DNA of 64,000 nucleotides from Psammoneis japonica (taxonomy: Eukaryota). Under the pieces are notes generated by a model, which was given only the letters and a program-made list of their open reading frames with translations, was not told the origin of the DNA and made no database searches. The position numbers were made by a program, and so were the translations under genes. Within the stretch, counting starts at the first letter, position 1. Every line of letters starts with the position of its first letter. Location of the stretch: the NCBI GenBank assembly GCA_008632985.1, contig QPGO01000001.1, positions 652,404 to 716,403 of the forward strand. Direction: 5' to 3'. Below, in pieces: positions 24,951-37,672 of this stretch.

Positions 24951-26226
24951 GGCTTGGGATGGCCATCGCAAACAGGGAGACATGTAGAATCTGCACCACA
25001 TCCTGCACATTCAAGCAAGACATTGTGGGGCAACATGCAGAACATGCACCAAAACCTGCACAGCTCAACATTTTGACAGAAATGGGTGATGTCTGGCCAT
25101 CACGTCTGCGTGCACAGCCAAAATTCAGTGCCAGGCTTCACGTGTCACTCAAATCCAACACGCAGCCTCTGGCACCAATTCTGTGTCCCCAAAATTGTGG
25201 CAGGCAGGCAGCACTTCAGCCCACATTTTTTGCAGCTGGTTGAAGAACAGACAATGTGCTGGGCCTGCGGCTGTGATGTGCCTCTTTCACGGGGTGAAAT
25301 CAGGGACATGCAAATGTGCTCAGACGGGATGTCCCATGTGGCACAAACCCAGTGGCGGCTTTGCGGCATGATTTTATTTGTTTGGCCAATTTAGCCACAC
25401 AAATGCTCAAAGTAACTTCAACATGTAAATCCCCGTGATTGGCCAAAAGCAAAAAAAAGGCAGAAAGCATTCCAGCGCTGCAACACAACAAAATGCGCGA
25501 GTCCATCTTGTGTCCAAAGACAGTGCTGTGTCCCAATCAAGGAAACCATTGCTGATCATCACCATGCATGCAACTGTGGTTACAAGGAATGTTCTGCTGT
25601 TGGATTTCAGCTTCAGATGCATCTCACAAGTGCAGAAGGGAACAAAGTGCAGCACGATGTTTGGGCGGATGCACCATGCCAGTTCTCGTTCGACCCCAAG
25701 AAAAGCACTGTCAACAAATGGTTGCTTGTTCTTTCATCTGCACACTGCTTGCCTGGTGTCCAAAGAAGGTCACCTTGCGTCAGAAGTCACACAGCATTGC
25801 CAAACATCACTTCCCATGGGCGCTTCTTGAGAGCTGCGGTGCGCACAACACAAGCGCAGCCGCACCAAGTTGTTGATGCCTTGTGTGGCAAAACGGACAG
25901 TGGACAAAGATGATGGGAGGGCAACACAAGGATCATGGAGGAATGCAATGCAGTGAGGGCAACCATCAACAGAGCAGGAAAAACATTGGACGCAGAAATG
26001 CTTGTGCTGTTTCATCATGCTCTTGAGCCAGAAGGCACCAACAAGGGCGACACATGAATTGTGCAAGCTCCTCTTGTGTCTGTTGGAGAAGCCAGCAAGC
26101 ACCTTTTCTCTGGCAAGGAAGCTGATGCAGCACGCAGGAATCATGCCAACAAGCATGCTGCTGCAATGCAAACTCCTGTTGTTGATTCAAAGAAGCATTG
26201 CGCTGCAATTGGTGAACATGATGGCA

Positions 26227-26622
26227 GACGGGTTCCAGTCCTAGGTGGGACTTTTTGTGACATTGGGCCCGTAGAATTCTACGTGCGAGCTCCGTAGTAA
26301 AATTATTAAGCAATGGATATATGAATGATCGCCAACAGAAAAAGAGGCAATTTTGCGAACGTATCTCCTCCTCCACACTTGAAGTACATTCTTTACAGTA
26401 TGCCCGGGTACATTCTTTAGACATTAAAGAATATACCCAGCGCATTTTTATTGACATAAGTGCAGATAACAGAAAGCCTTTGGCTTCGCAAAACAGGCAG
26501 TGTGGAACAATTTTTTATAATAGAACACGTAGAAATGTACGTGTGAAACATACGACGGGTGATAAAAAATAATTATGTCACAGTTCAGTAGTACGAGGTC
26601 CCACCTAGAGCTGGAACACGTC
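26227..26622 (+). mobile_element. GAC-family MITE, subfamily B, youngest-looking (TpA-rich)
   Basis: 396 bp; TIRs gacgggttccagtcctaggtgggac and gtcccacctagagctggaacacgtc; TSD GGCA. Confidence 0.95.
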
Positions 26623-26629
26623 GGCACTG

Positions 26630-27092
26630 CTGGTGGCTGCATGGATTGTGATGGCACTGCTGGCAGCAGCATTGACACCACAAGTTCCGACGGAATGCCG
26701 GCCATCACAGCAGCCATCATGACACCTGTTGTGCCCTCTTCTCCTGCAGCACCTGCCACAACACCAATGGAAAAATCAGGTGGTGCTGCTGTTGGTGGCA
26801 TTGATTGTGACAGTGCTGCTGGCAGTGCTGTTGATGCCCCAAGTTCCAAAGGAAAGATGTCCATCACAGCAGCAGCAATGACACCTGTTGTGCCCTTTTC
26901 CATTGCACCCGCCACAACACCAATGGAAAAATCAGATGGTGCTGCTGGTGGTGGCATCAATTGTGATGGCACTGCCAGCAGCGCTGTTGACGCCCCAAGT
27001 TTTGACAGAAAGCCGTCCATCATGGCAGCCATCATGGCACCCGTTGTGCCCTCTTCCATTGCACCAGCCATCACACCAATGGAAAAAGCAGA
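26630..27092 (+). repeat. 156-bp (52-codon) tandem repeat x3 in the N-terminal part of the transposase-like frame
   Basis: acaccaatggaaaaa at 26761, 26917 and 27073. Confidence 0.9.
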
Positions 27093-28327
27093 GGAAGAAT
27101 GTCACGAGGAAGACACCCTTCCCAAATTGGTGGAAAGAGACCAGCCAAAAAGATCTTCCCCATCTGCCGCAACTCGGGTGAGCTCAAATCTCACGCCAAT
27201 GCCGGGCATTTCACCACTGCCTGTGGGCTCCCCTGACAATGTGCCAAGTGTCAAAAATTTGAAAGCTGCAAAGGGGCACTCGACAAATTGGTGTCCAACA
27301 CAAATTTCAGAAGTTCTGTCCAATTGTCTCAAAAGCACCATTTGAATTTTGGCTGCACGGAGCTTTCAAATGGGCCATGTCTTTGTCCACGTGCTTGTGG
27401 CACAAGCAGGGATGGTGATTCAAACAAACCTTGCAAAGGATGTCAGATTGCAGGAGCAAACTGGCTTTGGAAACAGGTGGCGACGGAGTGCACTGCAACA
27501 ATTGCATGTTTCTTTGGAGCGTTGCATTGTGCAACAAACCAAAGAAGGACAAAAGGAATCCCAAGCAAAGCTCACCTGCAACCACCATGTCTCCTGGCAC
27601 AACAACCAAAGAGATTAAAAGGCTTCAAGCAAAGAGCCACACAATGACAGCCAACGAATCAAGCGATTGAAAGAAAAGCCAGAGAAGAAAAAGATTGAAA
27701 CTGATCTGGATGAGCGCGAAGATTTCGCCAAAGTGATCAAACAAGCAATGGGGCATTTCTCCAGAAATCATCAAGTGCTTGCTCAAGGCCTCAGCTGAAG
27801 GGGAGCTCGCATCCGCTGAGCAAGAGCAAAAGGATTGTGCAGAATTGCTTTCTAGAGAAATGGAAAACATGTCATTGGCCATGAAAGGAAAGGACAAGCA
27901 GGTCAGGTTCTTGCCCAAATTGTGCAACATGGCGATCAACTTGTGGCTTCAGAGCAACAGAGGTTACAAAGATTTTCAAAAAAACTTGATGGTCTGTCTT
28001 CCATCCATCACCCAACTCAGACGCTACAAACAAGGATTTGCCATGCATGAGGGCAAGGCTCCTCAAGTTTGCTGCAGTGCAGTTTACGACATTTTCGAGA
28101 ACAAGCCAGCTGCCAATTGGGTTCGTCATCTTGAGTTTGATGAAATCAAGCTCCAGTCTGACTTTGTTTGGAACTCCCGGGATGAAACGATTGTCGGCTT
28201 CTGTGGTGTGAGCAACTCAATTTCTTCTTTAAAAGAACAGCTTGTTGAGATGATTTTGTCCAACTCTGATGACAGCACTGGGGATGCCAGTGAGACTGAG
28301 GCAGCTTCTGGTGGTGCTGTGGGTGAG

Positions 28328-30554
28328 TGACAGAAAATGAAAATGGCTGGGGTGGAAGAAAACAATGACTCCTTGCTGCTGTCTAAATGACAGATGAGTC
28401 TCCATGCAGAGACCGTCACAGGAGCCAAAAGACTGGCGTCGTGATGTCGGCGCAACTGTTGTTGTTCTTTTGAGCTGTGTGGCTCAAAAGCAAACTACAT
28501 CGTGCATCACGTGTGGAGCTAAGAGCGCACATGATCATGTGTGACAAACCAAAATCTTGTTCAAATCCTGTCACTCCCCAGTTTGCTTGAGGGGTCAACA
28601 GCAACAGATTCAAGGTCAGATTGGTTGAAAGCCTTGGGAACAAAGCTCCAAAACATCAAAGGACAAAGGAGGTTCCAGACTTGAGAGTGACCCCAATGCT
28701 TGCTGAGGATGTCAGCTGGGTTGCGGGAGCCTTCGATGGAATGAATTTTGAGGAAACCAGAGGCAATCGCCTCACGCACATGATTGAATGAGAGGGCGGT
28801 GTGTCGCTTGTGTAACTTGGAGTGCGGAGCAGCAGTGCTGTCCACAACCGACTTGTTGTCCCTGAACATGCAACATGTTTCACAAATGGGGATGCCAAGG
28901 TGACGTGAAGTGATGCACAGACTGTCAATGGGTGCCTCTGTGAGGTGTCCATCAGCAACAAGTCATGTCTTGTGCCGTCCATCATGTTTGACATTGTAGA
29001 TGAGATGCACCCCAATCTTCTTGTGTCCTGCTTGGGCACCAGAGTCCTTGCAGTGTCCACAGTCATAGAGAATCTTGCACTCAAACAGCTGAGTCATCTC
29101 AAGGTCTGTTGCATCTCCCCACTTGAGGTTGCCATTGCACTCATCGAGGGCCAAGGCATGCTTGTAGCATGGAGTGCAACTTGGCTTGATTGGCCATGTG
29201 GAACAGTTTCTTCTGATGCAGAGCCATCTTGCAGAGCCATCTCCATCCTTTGGTTTCAAGGAGGCCATGCTCACATGAACAGATGGCGCAGGTGATGGGA
29301 TTGTCCTTGGCAACATCCAGTTGCGTTGGAGCAAAAGTGAAGAGATCCTGGTGCAAATTGGTTCTGTCAATGTTGAGGGTGGAGTGCAATGGACTGTCTG
29401 TGGCTTGATTCAGAACAGAGCCTAGAATGTGCTTGAGGCCATTGATTTGTTGCTGCCTGGTGAGAACCATGTTGCAACTGGGTGGGTGCAGGGATTGGCC
29501 AGAGTCGGAGGGTGAGCTTGAAACAACAACTTGAAACTTGACTTGAAACTTGACTTGAAGTCTTGAGTTATCTTGCAAATCAGAAGCTGCCGGGTTGTGC
29601 TGTCCCATTTGCAGTTAAATGCCAAGCTTCCTGTCTGATCCACAGTGTTGTGCTGGCACGTCCAAACCCACAGCTGGCAACGCTTTGGGTTGCCTGAGAG
29701 CGGAGCAACAGGTTAAAAACCCCTGCTGACAAGCTGGCCAGAGGTGGACAAGACCTCCGCACCCTTCTTGTTTTATGTTGGTTGGATGACCCGATCAGGC
29801 CAGCCAAATTTAGCACTGTGGAGGGACAAACAAATGTGGGAAATGCACCCTCGCCCCAATGCAGGCTGTGATCACAAACTGCTTCCTCTCACAGTTGTCC
29901 TCGTGGACCTTGCAGGACTGTAGAAGACCAGCAATCTGGTGCAGACAGGAGGCAGTAGACTTGGTGTGTGTGTGTGCAAGGCCAGAGTCAGACGATTGTG
30001 TCATGTGTGTGTGAACGAATGCGAGCGGATGGATTGGTCTGTCTGCCAACCAGGGCAGAATCTGCCATGGGGAATCCAGAATCTCGGATGTCTGAGAGTT
30101 CGGGAATTTCTGACCAAACAAATGTCTGTTGAACAAATGCATCCAACAATGGGAGGCATTGGATGAATCCAAACACGCAGATTTAATCCAGTGTCCAGCA
30201 GCAAAGAAGGCAGGCACACATCTCCACTGCTGCTGGTGCGCGTCGTCAAAAATTTCCCAACGACGATGATGAATGCTCGACGGATGAAAATGAGCAAGAC
30301 TGTCAATCTGACAGAAAATGAAGATGACTGGGGTGGAAGAAAACAACAACTCCTTGCTGCTGTCTAAATGGCAGATGAGTCTCCGTGCAGAGACCATTGC
30401 AGGAGCTGAAAGACTGGTGTCATGGTGTCAGTGCTGCTGTTGTTGTTCTTGTGAGCCATGTGGCTTGAAAGCCAACTACATCGCACGTCAGGCACAGAAC
30501 TAAGAGCACACACAATCATGTGTGACAAACTAAAATCTTGTTCAAATCCTGTCA
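28328..30554 (-). mobile_element. Non-autonomous, internally deleted copia element E3 (sister family of E1/E2)
   Basis: 246-bp LTRs at 28328-28573 and 30309-30554; TSD GTGAG. The gag start is fused to an RT N-terminal piece (~29315), which is fused to the RNase H end (~28920). Confidence 0.93.
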
Positions 30555-31604
30555 GTGAGGCACAAGTTGACAAGGGCATGGACGATGATGAAGTGGGGGT
30601 CAATGAAGGCACAGATGGCAGCCAAAAAGATGATGTCGCCAAGACAAAAGAAGGAATTTGTGCAAATCAATGGCACTTTAGATCAATCTGCGGAGACACA
30701 CTCAATGCCAAGTGCTTTTTCAACAAAGGCGACCTCGACGGGGAAGAATCCTTCTGCACGTCACCACCTGCCATGAAATGGTTGGCATCAAAGTTTTTCT
30801 GCTGTCTGTGATGGTGGAGGTGGCAACACCGGCTTGCTTTGGCTGCTGAGGGATGGGAAGTTGATTGAAAGTGACAGTTTGTGGCCGGAAGACCTGGTCA
30901 CGTTCAAGCATCCTGTGGAACCCACAAGGGCACTTGTCATGTGGACCTGCTCAATGCACAATTTCAAAGCAATGCAAAACAACCTCTGGCAAAGCAGACA
31001 GGGTGAAACACAAAATTTCACCAAGGGAGGGGGCGGCATGTGCTTTGGTTGGGGGCAAATCAAAGCTTGCTGCAACAGGGACGAAGCAAAGGAAAAGGCA
31101 GGGGGGGCATTCAAGTCTGGGCTGACTCATCAAGCAGTCAACATTGACAGGCACACAAAGATGAATGCATTCCATGCAAAGGCAGTGTTCTCGGAAGAGA
31201 CATTGACGGAGATGGCTGCTCATTGTGCACGTGAACTGGGTTGCATTTGCTTGCTTGGAGAGAAGACTTTCAACTGGGACTCAGGATGAGCTCACAAACC
31301 ACACATTGAAAAAATGAAGGAACTTGCAAGGCAAGGTGTGCAGAGCACTTTGTCAATGTTCACTCAATCTTCATCACCCAACTGATGAACAAAAAGTGGA
31401 AGACATCACTTGCAAGCATCGACAAAGACAAGCAGTCCATGAAAGGAGATGCGCTGCAGCATTTTGCTGATTGGATGGAAGAGAAGTCATTGCGCAAGGG
31501 TGAGGAAGGCAAAGCTTGGAAAAAACACATGTTGGCAGACAACACATGGCTTGACTTGCAAGTGGGAGCATGCTGTTTTTTCTGCTGTGCAAGAACCATC
31601 CTGA

Positions 31605-32008
31605 CATGAGTTCCAGTCCCAGGTGGAACTCCGCGTGACATTGGGCCCACAGAATTCTACGTGCGAGCTCCACAGCAAATTTGTGCTGCAATGAAAATGT
31701 GAGTGATCGCCAACAGAAAAAGAGGCAATTTTACGAACGCATCTCCTCCTTCACACTTGGAGCACATCATTGACAATTTGCCCGGGTGTGTTCTTCAGAC
31801 ATTAAAGAGCATGCCCAGCAAATTTTTGTTCTCACAAATGTTGAAAATGGAAAGCCTTTGGCTTCACAAAACAGGGAGTGTGAAACAATTTTGTGTGGAG
31901 TGCAACATGCAGAAATGTGTGTGCGCGACATGCGACGCAATCCAAAAAACTGTTGATGTCACAGAAGAGTGCAGCAGTGCGAGGTCCCACCTGGAGCTGG
32001 AGCGCGTC
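31605..32008 (+). mobile_element. GAC-family MITE, subfamily B, older
   Basis: TSD CTGA at 31601-31604 and 32009-32012; homologous to 26227-26622 with most TpA converted. Confidence 0.88.
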
Positions 32009-33053
32009 CTGAATCTGCCCAACGGACTGAAGTTTGTGGCAGCACTTCACTCTGACCAGTCAGACATTGAGCCCCTCTTTTCTGTGACGTGCCGCATGGG
32101 AGGTGACACCACAAGCAAATGCTGCACTGCCGTTTCATCCCTCAACACCATCGCCACTGCCTGAGCCAAGAAAGGAAACAAGTGCCACCCAGCTGACAAC
32201 ATGTCTCAAAAAGAAAAACAAAAAGAAGACTCCAACCCAGTGGCAGGTGCCAATTTGTACAATGTCAGCAAAAAGTGGACTCTTTGCATCGGCCAAAGGG
32301 GGGGCTCATGGTGCAGAGCGGATGAGCGTTGTTCCATGTGAGATGGCTTAAATTTCAAGTGGTTTCACAGTGCCCATTGCAGTGCAACTTTTTAGTTTAG
32401 ATGAAAAGCATGCCAGGAGAAAAAGCTTTGCCAATTGTCATGTTTAGAAAATCGACAACGTTCTTGGGTTCTTCCCAAATCAACTCCAGCGGCAGACCAA
32501 AGAGTCCATCGGGTTGCATCTTCTGCACTTGCATCAGCTCTTCTCAGCTGTGCGACTTTGTTCTTTGTCAATGCTGATCAAGAACGGAGATGCATTGATG
32601 CAGCACCTTTTGAAAGTTGCACAAAACAGAAAATGGTGCTCTTGATTGACATGAAGAAATCCAGGTGCGATTGCTGAAGCTTGATCGAATGAAAGGAACC
32701 GGTTGCGAATTGAGAATTCGCAAAAAGCGAAGTTCCATTTTGTGACATTGGCACTTCAACTAAAAAAATCGAAGCCAACAGCAGCCATGAGACCCAGGCC
32801 TCAAGCAACTTCAAACTGGCATGGCCGGTGTGCTCCGGGTGAGCGCACAGACCATCCCCGTGGTGACAACACGGAGAAATTGTCAAAAACCCGCCGGAGC
32901 CGATGACGACATTGACGCGGCAGATGAGGTGTCCAAACAATCATCGTTTTTAGCCCCATTGCCACAGCAGGTTTGTCACACTGTCTTTCATTTGGGGTTG
33001 TAAAGGGACCATCATAGAAGGGTGGAGAGTTGAGTTTTGTGCGCAAACATGCC

Positions 33054-33443
33054 GACGCGTTCCAGCCCTGGGTGGGACTCCGTGTGACATTGGGCCCGTA
33101 GAATTCTACGTGCGAGCTCCGTAGTACGAGAATTTAATTAATGGACATGTTTGTCTTCAACATCAAATAAACGGCCAAGTTTGTGGTACAATTATGCCTC
33201 TTACCACTCGACGTTTTTGCAACTTCGCCTGCCCTACGCGATTCTTATGACATTGTAGAATCGCGCTGTAACAAAAAATGTCAAAAGTTGTTGGACGGAT
33301 CGCTCAATAAGTGTACCGTAAAATGACACAAAATATCGAAAAAATCACGTAGAAATCTACGTGCGCGACATACGACGAGACTCAAAAAACTATCGATGTC
33401 ACAGTTCAGCAGTGCGAGGTCCCACCTAGACCTGGAACGCGTC
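33054..33443 (+). mobile_element. GAC-family MITE, subfamily A, young
   Basis: 390 bp, nearly identical to 18708-19097; TSD TGCC. Confidence 0.96.
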
Positions 33444-34758
33444 TGCCGTTGCACCCGTTCATGACGCCATGTTGCATGCAGACGACGCATCAACTCACCA
33501 TTTGCCGGACATTTGGCACCCACTGAGTTGAAGTCCGAGTTTGTAAAAAGGCAAGAAAATTGAAAATCAAAATGGTGCTGTCAATGTGTCCAAGGCTCAC
33601 CACTTGTTGTCTCGCTCAACTTTGTTGCCGCTGCAGCCAGCTCTTGTTGTCTTTCCTGGCACGAGCACATCGACGAATCCAATGTCGTCATCACATCGTC
33701 AAACCCATTTGATCAATGGCATTGACCAGACGAGCATTTTTGAAGACTTTGACAAAGCAAGTGCAACGCATTCAGCCAAGTGTTCTTCAATGGAAGAGAG
33801 TCGGGCGGATGAGAGTGTGAAAATGAAGAATGAAGTTGGCGCACGGTTCAAGAAAAAAAACAGTCAAACATGGTTGACAAAATGTTCTGATGCTGTTGTT
33901 CTGTGGAATGACAAACGTTGGTGAACAGAGCTCCTCCCTGGCTTGTGTCTGCTCTGGATTGATCGCAAAGACACAAATGTCAAATGTGAGAACAGAAGTG
34001 ACTGTGTTGCTTGTGTTGAGTTTTCACGGATTACTTGGCCTGTCCATGGCATGAAAAAGGTCAAACACAGTTGTCACGAGGCCAGCCATGGATTAGAGAA
34101 TGGAATGTGGCCATGAAACAGGTCTTGTGTTGATGTCATCATCCAATCTCGGTGTCAAGAAAGGGTCAATTTCCCTTCACGCACGGTGAGTCACGTGTCT
34201 TGAATCCCGCACGACCCACTCGACTCGAATTTTTGGAAGAATTGGATGGACTTTGACCCCCGCTCTAGAGCCACAAAATGCACAAGACATGGGCATTGTC
34301 GGTCTCACACTCTTTAAACCGATGTCTTGCGAGAATGCAGTGGGCATGTGTTGTTCATGGCATCTGGCATTTCAAAATAGAACTGGCTTTTTGTGGAGCA
34401 CCTTTACAACACGGGCAAGTGCGAGAGTCAACATTCAGTGATTGGCAAGTGACTGACGTCCACCCCCATTCTAGGCCCCCAAAAGTTTGCTGAACTTCGC
34501 ATCTGTGTGCTGTCAGTCAATCGAGGTGGAGCTGGGACGGAAAGCAGCGAATGGCAAACAGCAAACAGGCGCAATCTGTCACTCCAATGAAACGCGACAA
34601 CGCCACTGCGCTGTGCCACACCATGCTGTGCAGCAATGGCTCTGTGACGCTTGTCACTGCATCAATGACAACACCCCCAAACACAAACCGGATTTCTCAT
34701 ACTTGGGGAATCACCAAAAACCGAAAAAGTCCGAAAAAGTGTTTTCACATCCCTGCTT

Positions 34759-35075
34759 GTGCACACGAACCACCTGGTGGTCCGTGTGCATTTTTGGGTG
34801 CACACGAACCACCTGGTGGTTCGTGTGCACCCTGCGCAAAATGCTGCGTAGATTTGCACCGAATTAAATCTGAATGCCTACATCTGCAGCAGGCTCTACG
34901 TGAAAACGCACTCGAAACAGTGTCCACCGAGCCGGCAGTCATGTGCCGGAACGTCGTGAAAAGTATTTTATGTCTGAGAAAGAGTTCGTCAGGGCCGGCG
35001 AACAACACCCCTCTACGATGCGGCTGGTATAAAATGTACGTAAATGCACAGGAACCAGCATGTGGTTCGTGTGCA
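34759..35075. repeat. Three copies of a ~31-37-bp palindrome (TGCACACGAACCACC-T-GGTGGTTCGTGTGCA)
   Basis: 34759-34790 (one internal mismatch), 34796-34832 (perfect 18-bp arms), 35045-35075 (degenerate). Confidence 0.9.
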
Positions 35076-35444
35076 AATTAGAGCTCGTGAAAAATAAGCA
35101 GGGATATAGGAGGTATTGCTGTGTCGTTCCTAATCTATGTAGAAATTTATCTATCGCCGAAAAAGCTCATTATTGTATATGATATGAATGTGTATAATTG
35201 GATAATTTGATTATTTATAAACCTAAATCCATTTCAATGTTTTGTATATAACCCAAAATACAATTCAATGCTTTACTATCATTTGCTTTTTCGGCGAAAA
35301 AGTAATGTATAAATTAAAATACGTATAAAAACACTAATGGATTTTATGAAAACACTTTTCTGACTTCCACTTACAGTATGGTCGAGAGTGATTCCCGCAA
35401 GTACGAGAAATCCACGTAAACCAAGAGTACACAACTTCACGACG

Positions 35445-36461
35445 ATGACACCGACACCAGCATTAGGAGTGGAAACAAAAGATCTGGAAGTGATGGAAAC
35501 AAAGATAGAAGAAGCACAGAGGATAATAAACGACATCACGGAACGTTTGACCGAAAGCTCCAGAGAGTTGACTAAAATCGAGACGCAGCTGTTGTCGGAG
35601 CCAACAACAGACTCAATCCAATATCAGGTGCTTTCCAACCAGTATGAGAGAACAAATAAAGCGCACTCAATCCTTCTGGAAGAGAAGAAAGGCGCCGTTG
35701 CCCATTTTAATCACCTTCAAAGCCGATCTGACCTGCTCGCTGACAAACAGACCTTGAATATGATGGTCGCTCAGAGCCCTACAAGTAGACACACCCACGA
35801 TGCAATAGCTTCCGTCGATCCGGGCGCCGTTACTATTTGGAGCTTCCGTCACCCGGAGCCTGAGCTGTCTAAGAAAGACAGAAGAAAACTCCGCAGAACG
35901 ACAGCAACGCACTACAAAGTGTACAAGAAAGCCGGAAACATGGCGCGGTGTCAGCTGGCTAAAGAATGGGGAAATTCTCAGCAAGTCACGACTAGCCACC
36001 TGTTGGGGCATTCTACAAAACATCATATAAGGAAAATCTTTGAAATCGAGGATATCAACGATAAGCGAAACCTCCTCATGCTCTCTAAGGGTGTGGAAAA
36101 AGCTTTCGAGAGGGGTCAAATCTATTTTGAGGGAGAAGACGACCGTACTTTTATCATGAAGATTCTGGATAATGACGTGAGAGAGAACCCCATCTTTGAT
36201 GGTTCCATGTTGACGATTGGTAGTCTAGAGGGGAAAGCGTTGTTCATTCCGAGGGATGTCGACCCACCGTTCAAGCGAATTCTCAGTCATCACGCCCAGG
36301 ATGCCTTCAAAAGAGCGGTGGAATTGGGTTTAGTGACAAAATCAGCAACACCTCCTAGAGAGTATGGATCGCCTCTCAAAAACAATATGCTGGTGATCAC
36401 TCAAGCCACAACAGACAGCAAGATGAACGATGACGCCGACGCACTTGATCTCCAAGCATGA
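35445..36461 (+). CDS. Coiled-coil plus HNH endonuclease (HNH_2 / Crinkler-type) protein; start codon uncertain
   Basis: N-terminal heptad-like region; RCQL...VTTSHLL...INDKRNLLMLSKGVEKAFERGQIYF...PPFKRILSHHA; normal TpA. Confidence 0.8.
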   Translation: MTPTPALGVETKDLEVMETKIEEAQRIINDITERLTESSRELTKIETQLLSEPTTDSIQYQVLSNQYERTNKAHSILLEEKKGAVAHFNHLQSRSDLLADKQTLNMMVAQSPTSRHTHDAIASVDPGAVTIWSFRHPEPELSKKDRRKLRRTTATHYKVYKKAGNMARCQLAKEWGNSQQVTTSHLLGHSTKHHIRKIFEIEDINDKRNLLMLSKGVEKAFERGQIYFEGEDDRTFIMKILDNDVRENPIFDGSMLTIGSLEGKALFIPRDVDPPFKRILSHHAQDAFKRAVELGLVTKSATPPREYGSPLKNNMLVITQATTDSKMNDDADALDLQA

Positions 36462-37168
36462 AATCTCGACCGGCAATGCAGAGGTTTTATGACATCTAGA
36501 TAGGAATCCGAGCAGCAGCTACTCGGATAATCTAATAGAACACAAACCGGTCGTCAGTGCCCAACGCAAACTTGCAATGCCCGGAGATCGCGAGATTGGT
36601 TTGTTTCCGGGTCTGTACTTTACGGATGGTTCAGAATCCGAATCCAGGATGGCCCCGATTGTCAAACCACTCGTTGTTTTATCAAGCACCAGGAATGGAA
36701 CACGAAGGAATTTGTTTATGGGTGTTTTCTTCGGTATTCGGCTTGCCGTTTGGTTGTCTTACTCCTTCCGAAATGTGTGATACAAGTAGCAACAACAAAT
36801 ACTTTTGAATTAGCAGTTTAAAAGCTGCAACCTTCTTACGATATATCTAAAGTGCCGCCAAAAGAACTCCTCAATTTTCAACGAATTCAAAGATACGTCC
36901 TCCGGCGTCTTAATTGATGGTAGCCACAGCAACTGCCAGTGGGTGGACGGTGCGCCCTTTCATCATACCATACATTCTGGGGGAAGAAGTTTTGGGGTCA
37001 GCCCTCTCGTAGTCCCTAGCTAACACCTGTTGAAAGACAACAAAACTGAGTATATTTCTCTACATTATGGGCATTTTTTCGCGTAGAGTGAGAATTCCAT
37101 TGTGCCGCCTGTGTATCTTGAGCTTTGATCATGGGTTCTTATGCTGAACCTCTTCCATTTACGAGTAA

Positions 37169-37672
37169 TCAACATTTGTTTTGACCTCGCTTTACCAACA
37201 CTACCCGCCACAAAGTTTGACCACTCTGCAAACTTTGATTGAATTGGTTCAAAGTCTTGCCCGCCTTGTGTCCAAGGCCGTGTGAGACGGTTCCGTCTTC
37301 AATTTTGGATTGGGCCGAAAAGAACTTGTCAATCATTTCTTTCTGACATTGAAACTCTACAACTGTTGTTGGAGTCGTGTCGACAAATTTGTTGGTTCGC
37401 AGATACTTTTCGCAGTATTCACGACCTTCAAGTCCTCGAGTTAACGTTTGGTAGGGTTGAGTGTTTGGAAGTTGATTGTTTTCCCAAAGAAAAGAAAACT
37501 CCACGTCACCCATGTGCCGATAGCACAATACAGTGTTGTCCGTAGCGTCTCCACTCGGCGCTAACAGCCACCGCGAGGAAGCTCCCGAATGCGTAATGTC
37601 AAGAAGCTCTCCACGCGAGAGTAGGTCCTCTTCGTGAGTTAAGAGCTTTACTTTTGCCTTTTTGCGTTTCAT
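37169..37672 (-). CDS. Small hypothetical protein (167 aa), possibly ADP-ribosyltransferase-like fold
   Basis: Intact ORF in a TpA-normal island; CYRHMGDVE...QPYQTL...YCEKYL...TTVVEF pattern. Confidence 0.7.
   Translation of the reverse strand: MKRKKAKVKLLTHEEDLLSRGELLDITHSGASSRWLLAPSGDATDNTVLCYRHMGDVEFSFLWENNQLPNTQPYQTLTRGLEGREYCEKYLRTNKFVDTTPTTVVEFQCQKEMIDKFFSAQSKIEDGTVSHGLGHKAGKTLNQFNQSLQSGQTLWRVVLVKRGQNKC

Larger units (their letters stand above)
25600..32200 (+). pseudogene. P-element-superfamily transposase pseudogene, split by two MITEs and a copia derivative; ends approximate
   Basis: LPSITQLRRY...LEFDEIKLQSDFVW...IVGFC (first D), VCDGGGGN (second D), CSMHNFKAMQNNL, TKMNAFHAKAVFSE and DQSDIEPLFSVTCRMGG (E). 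The motifs are colinear across the insertions. Confidence 0.8.

Noticed and set aside
33586..34110. Coding-like stretch downstream of MITE 33054
   Set aside because: Interrupted by TGA, TpA-depleted and without a recognisable motif, so it cannot be assigned.
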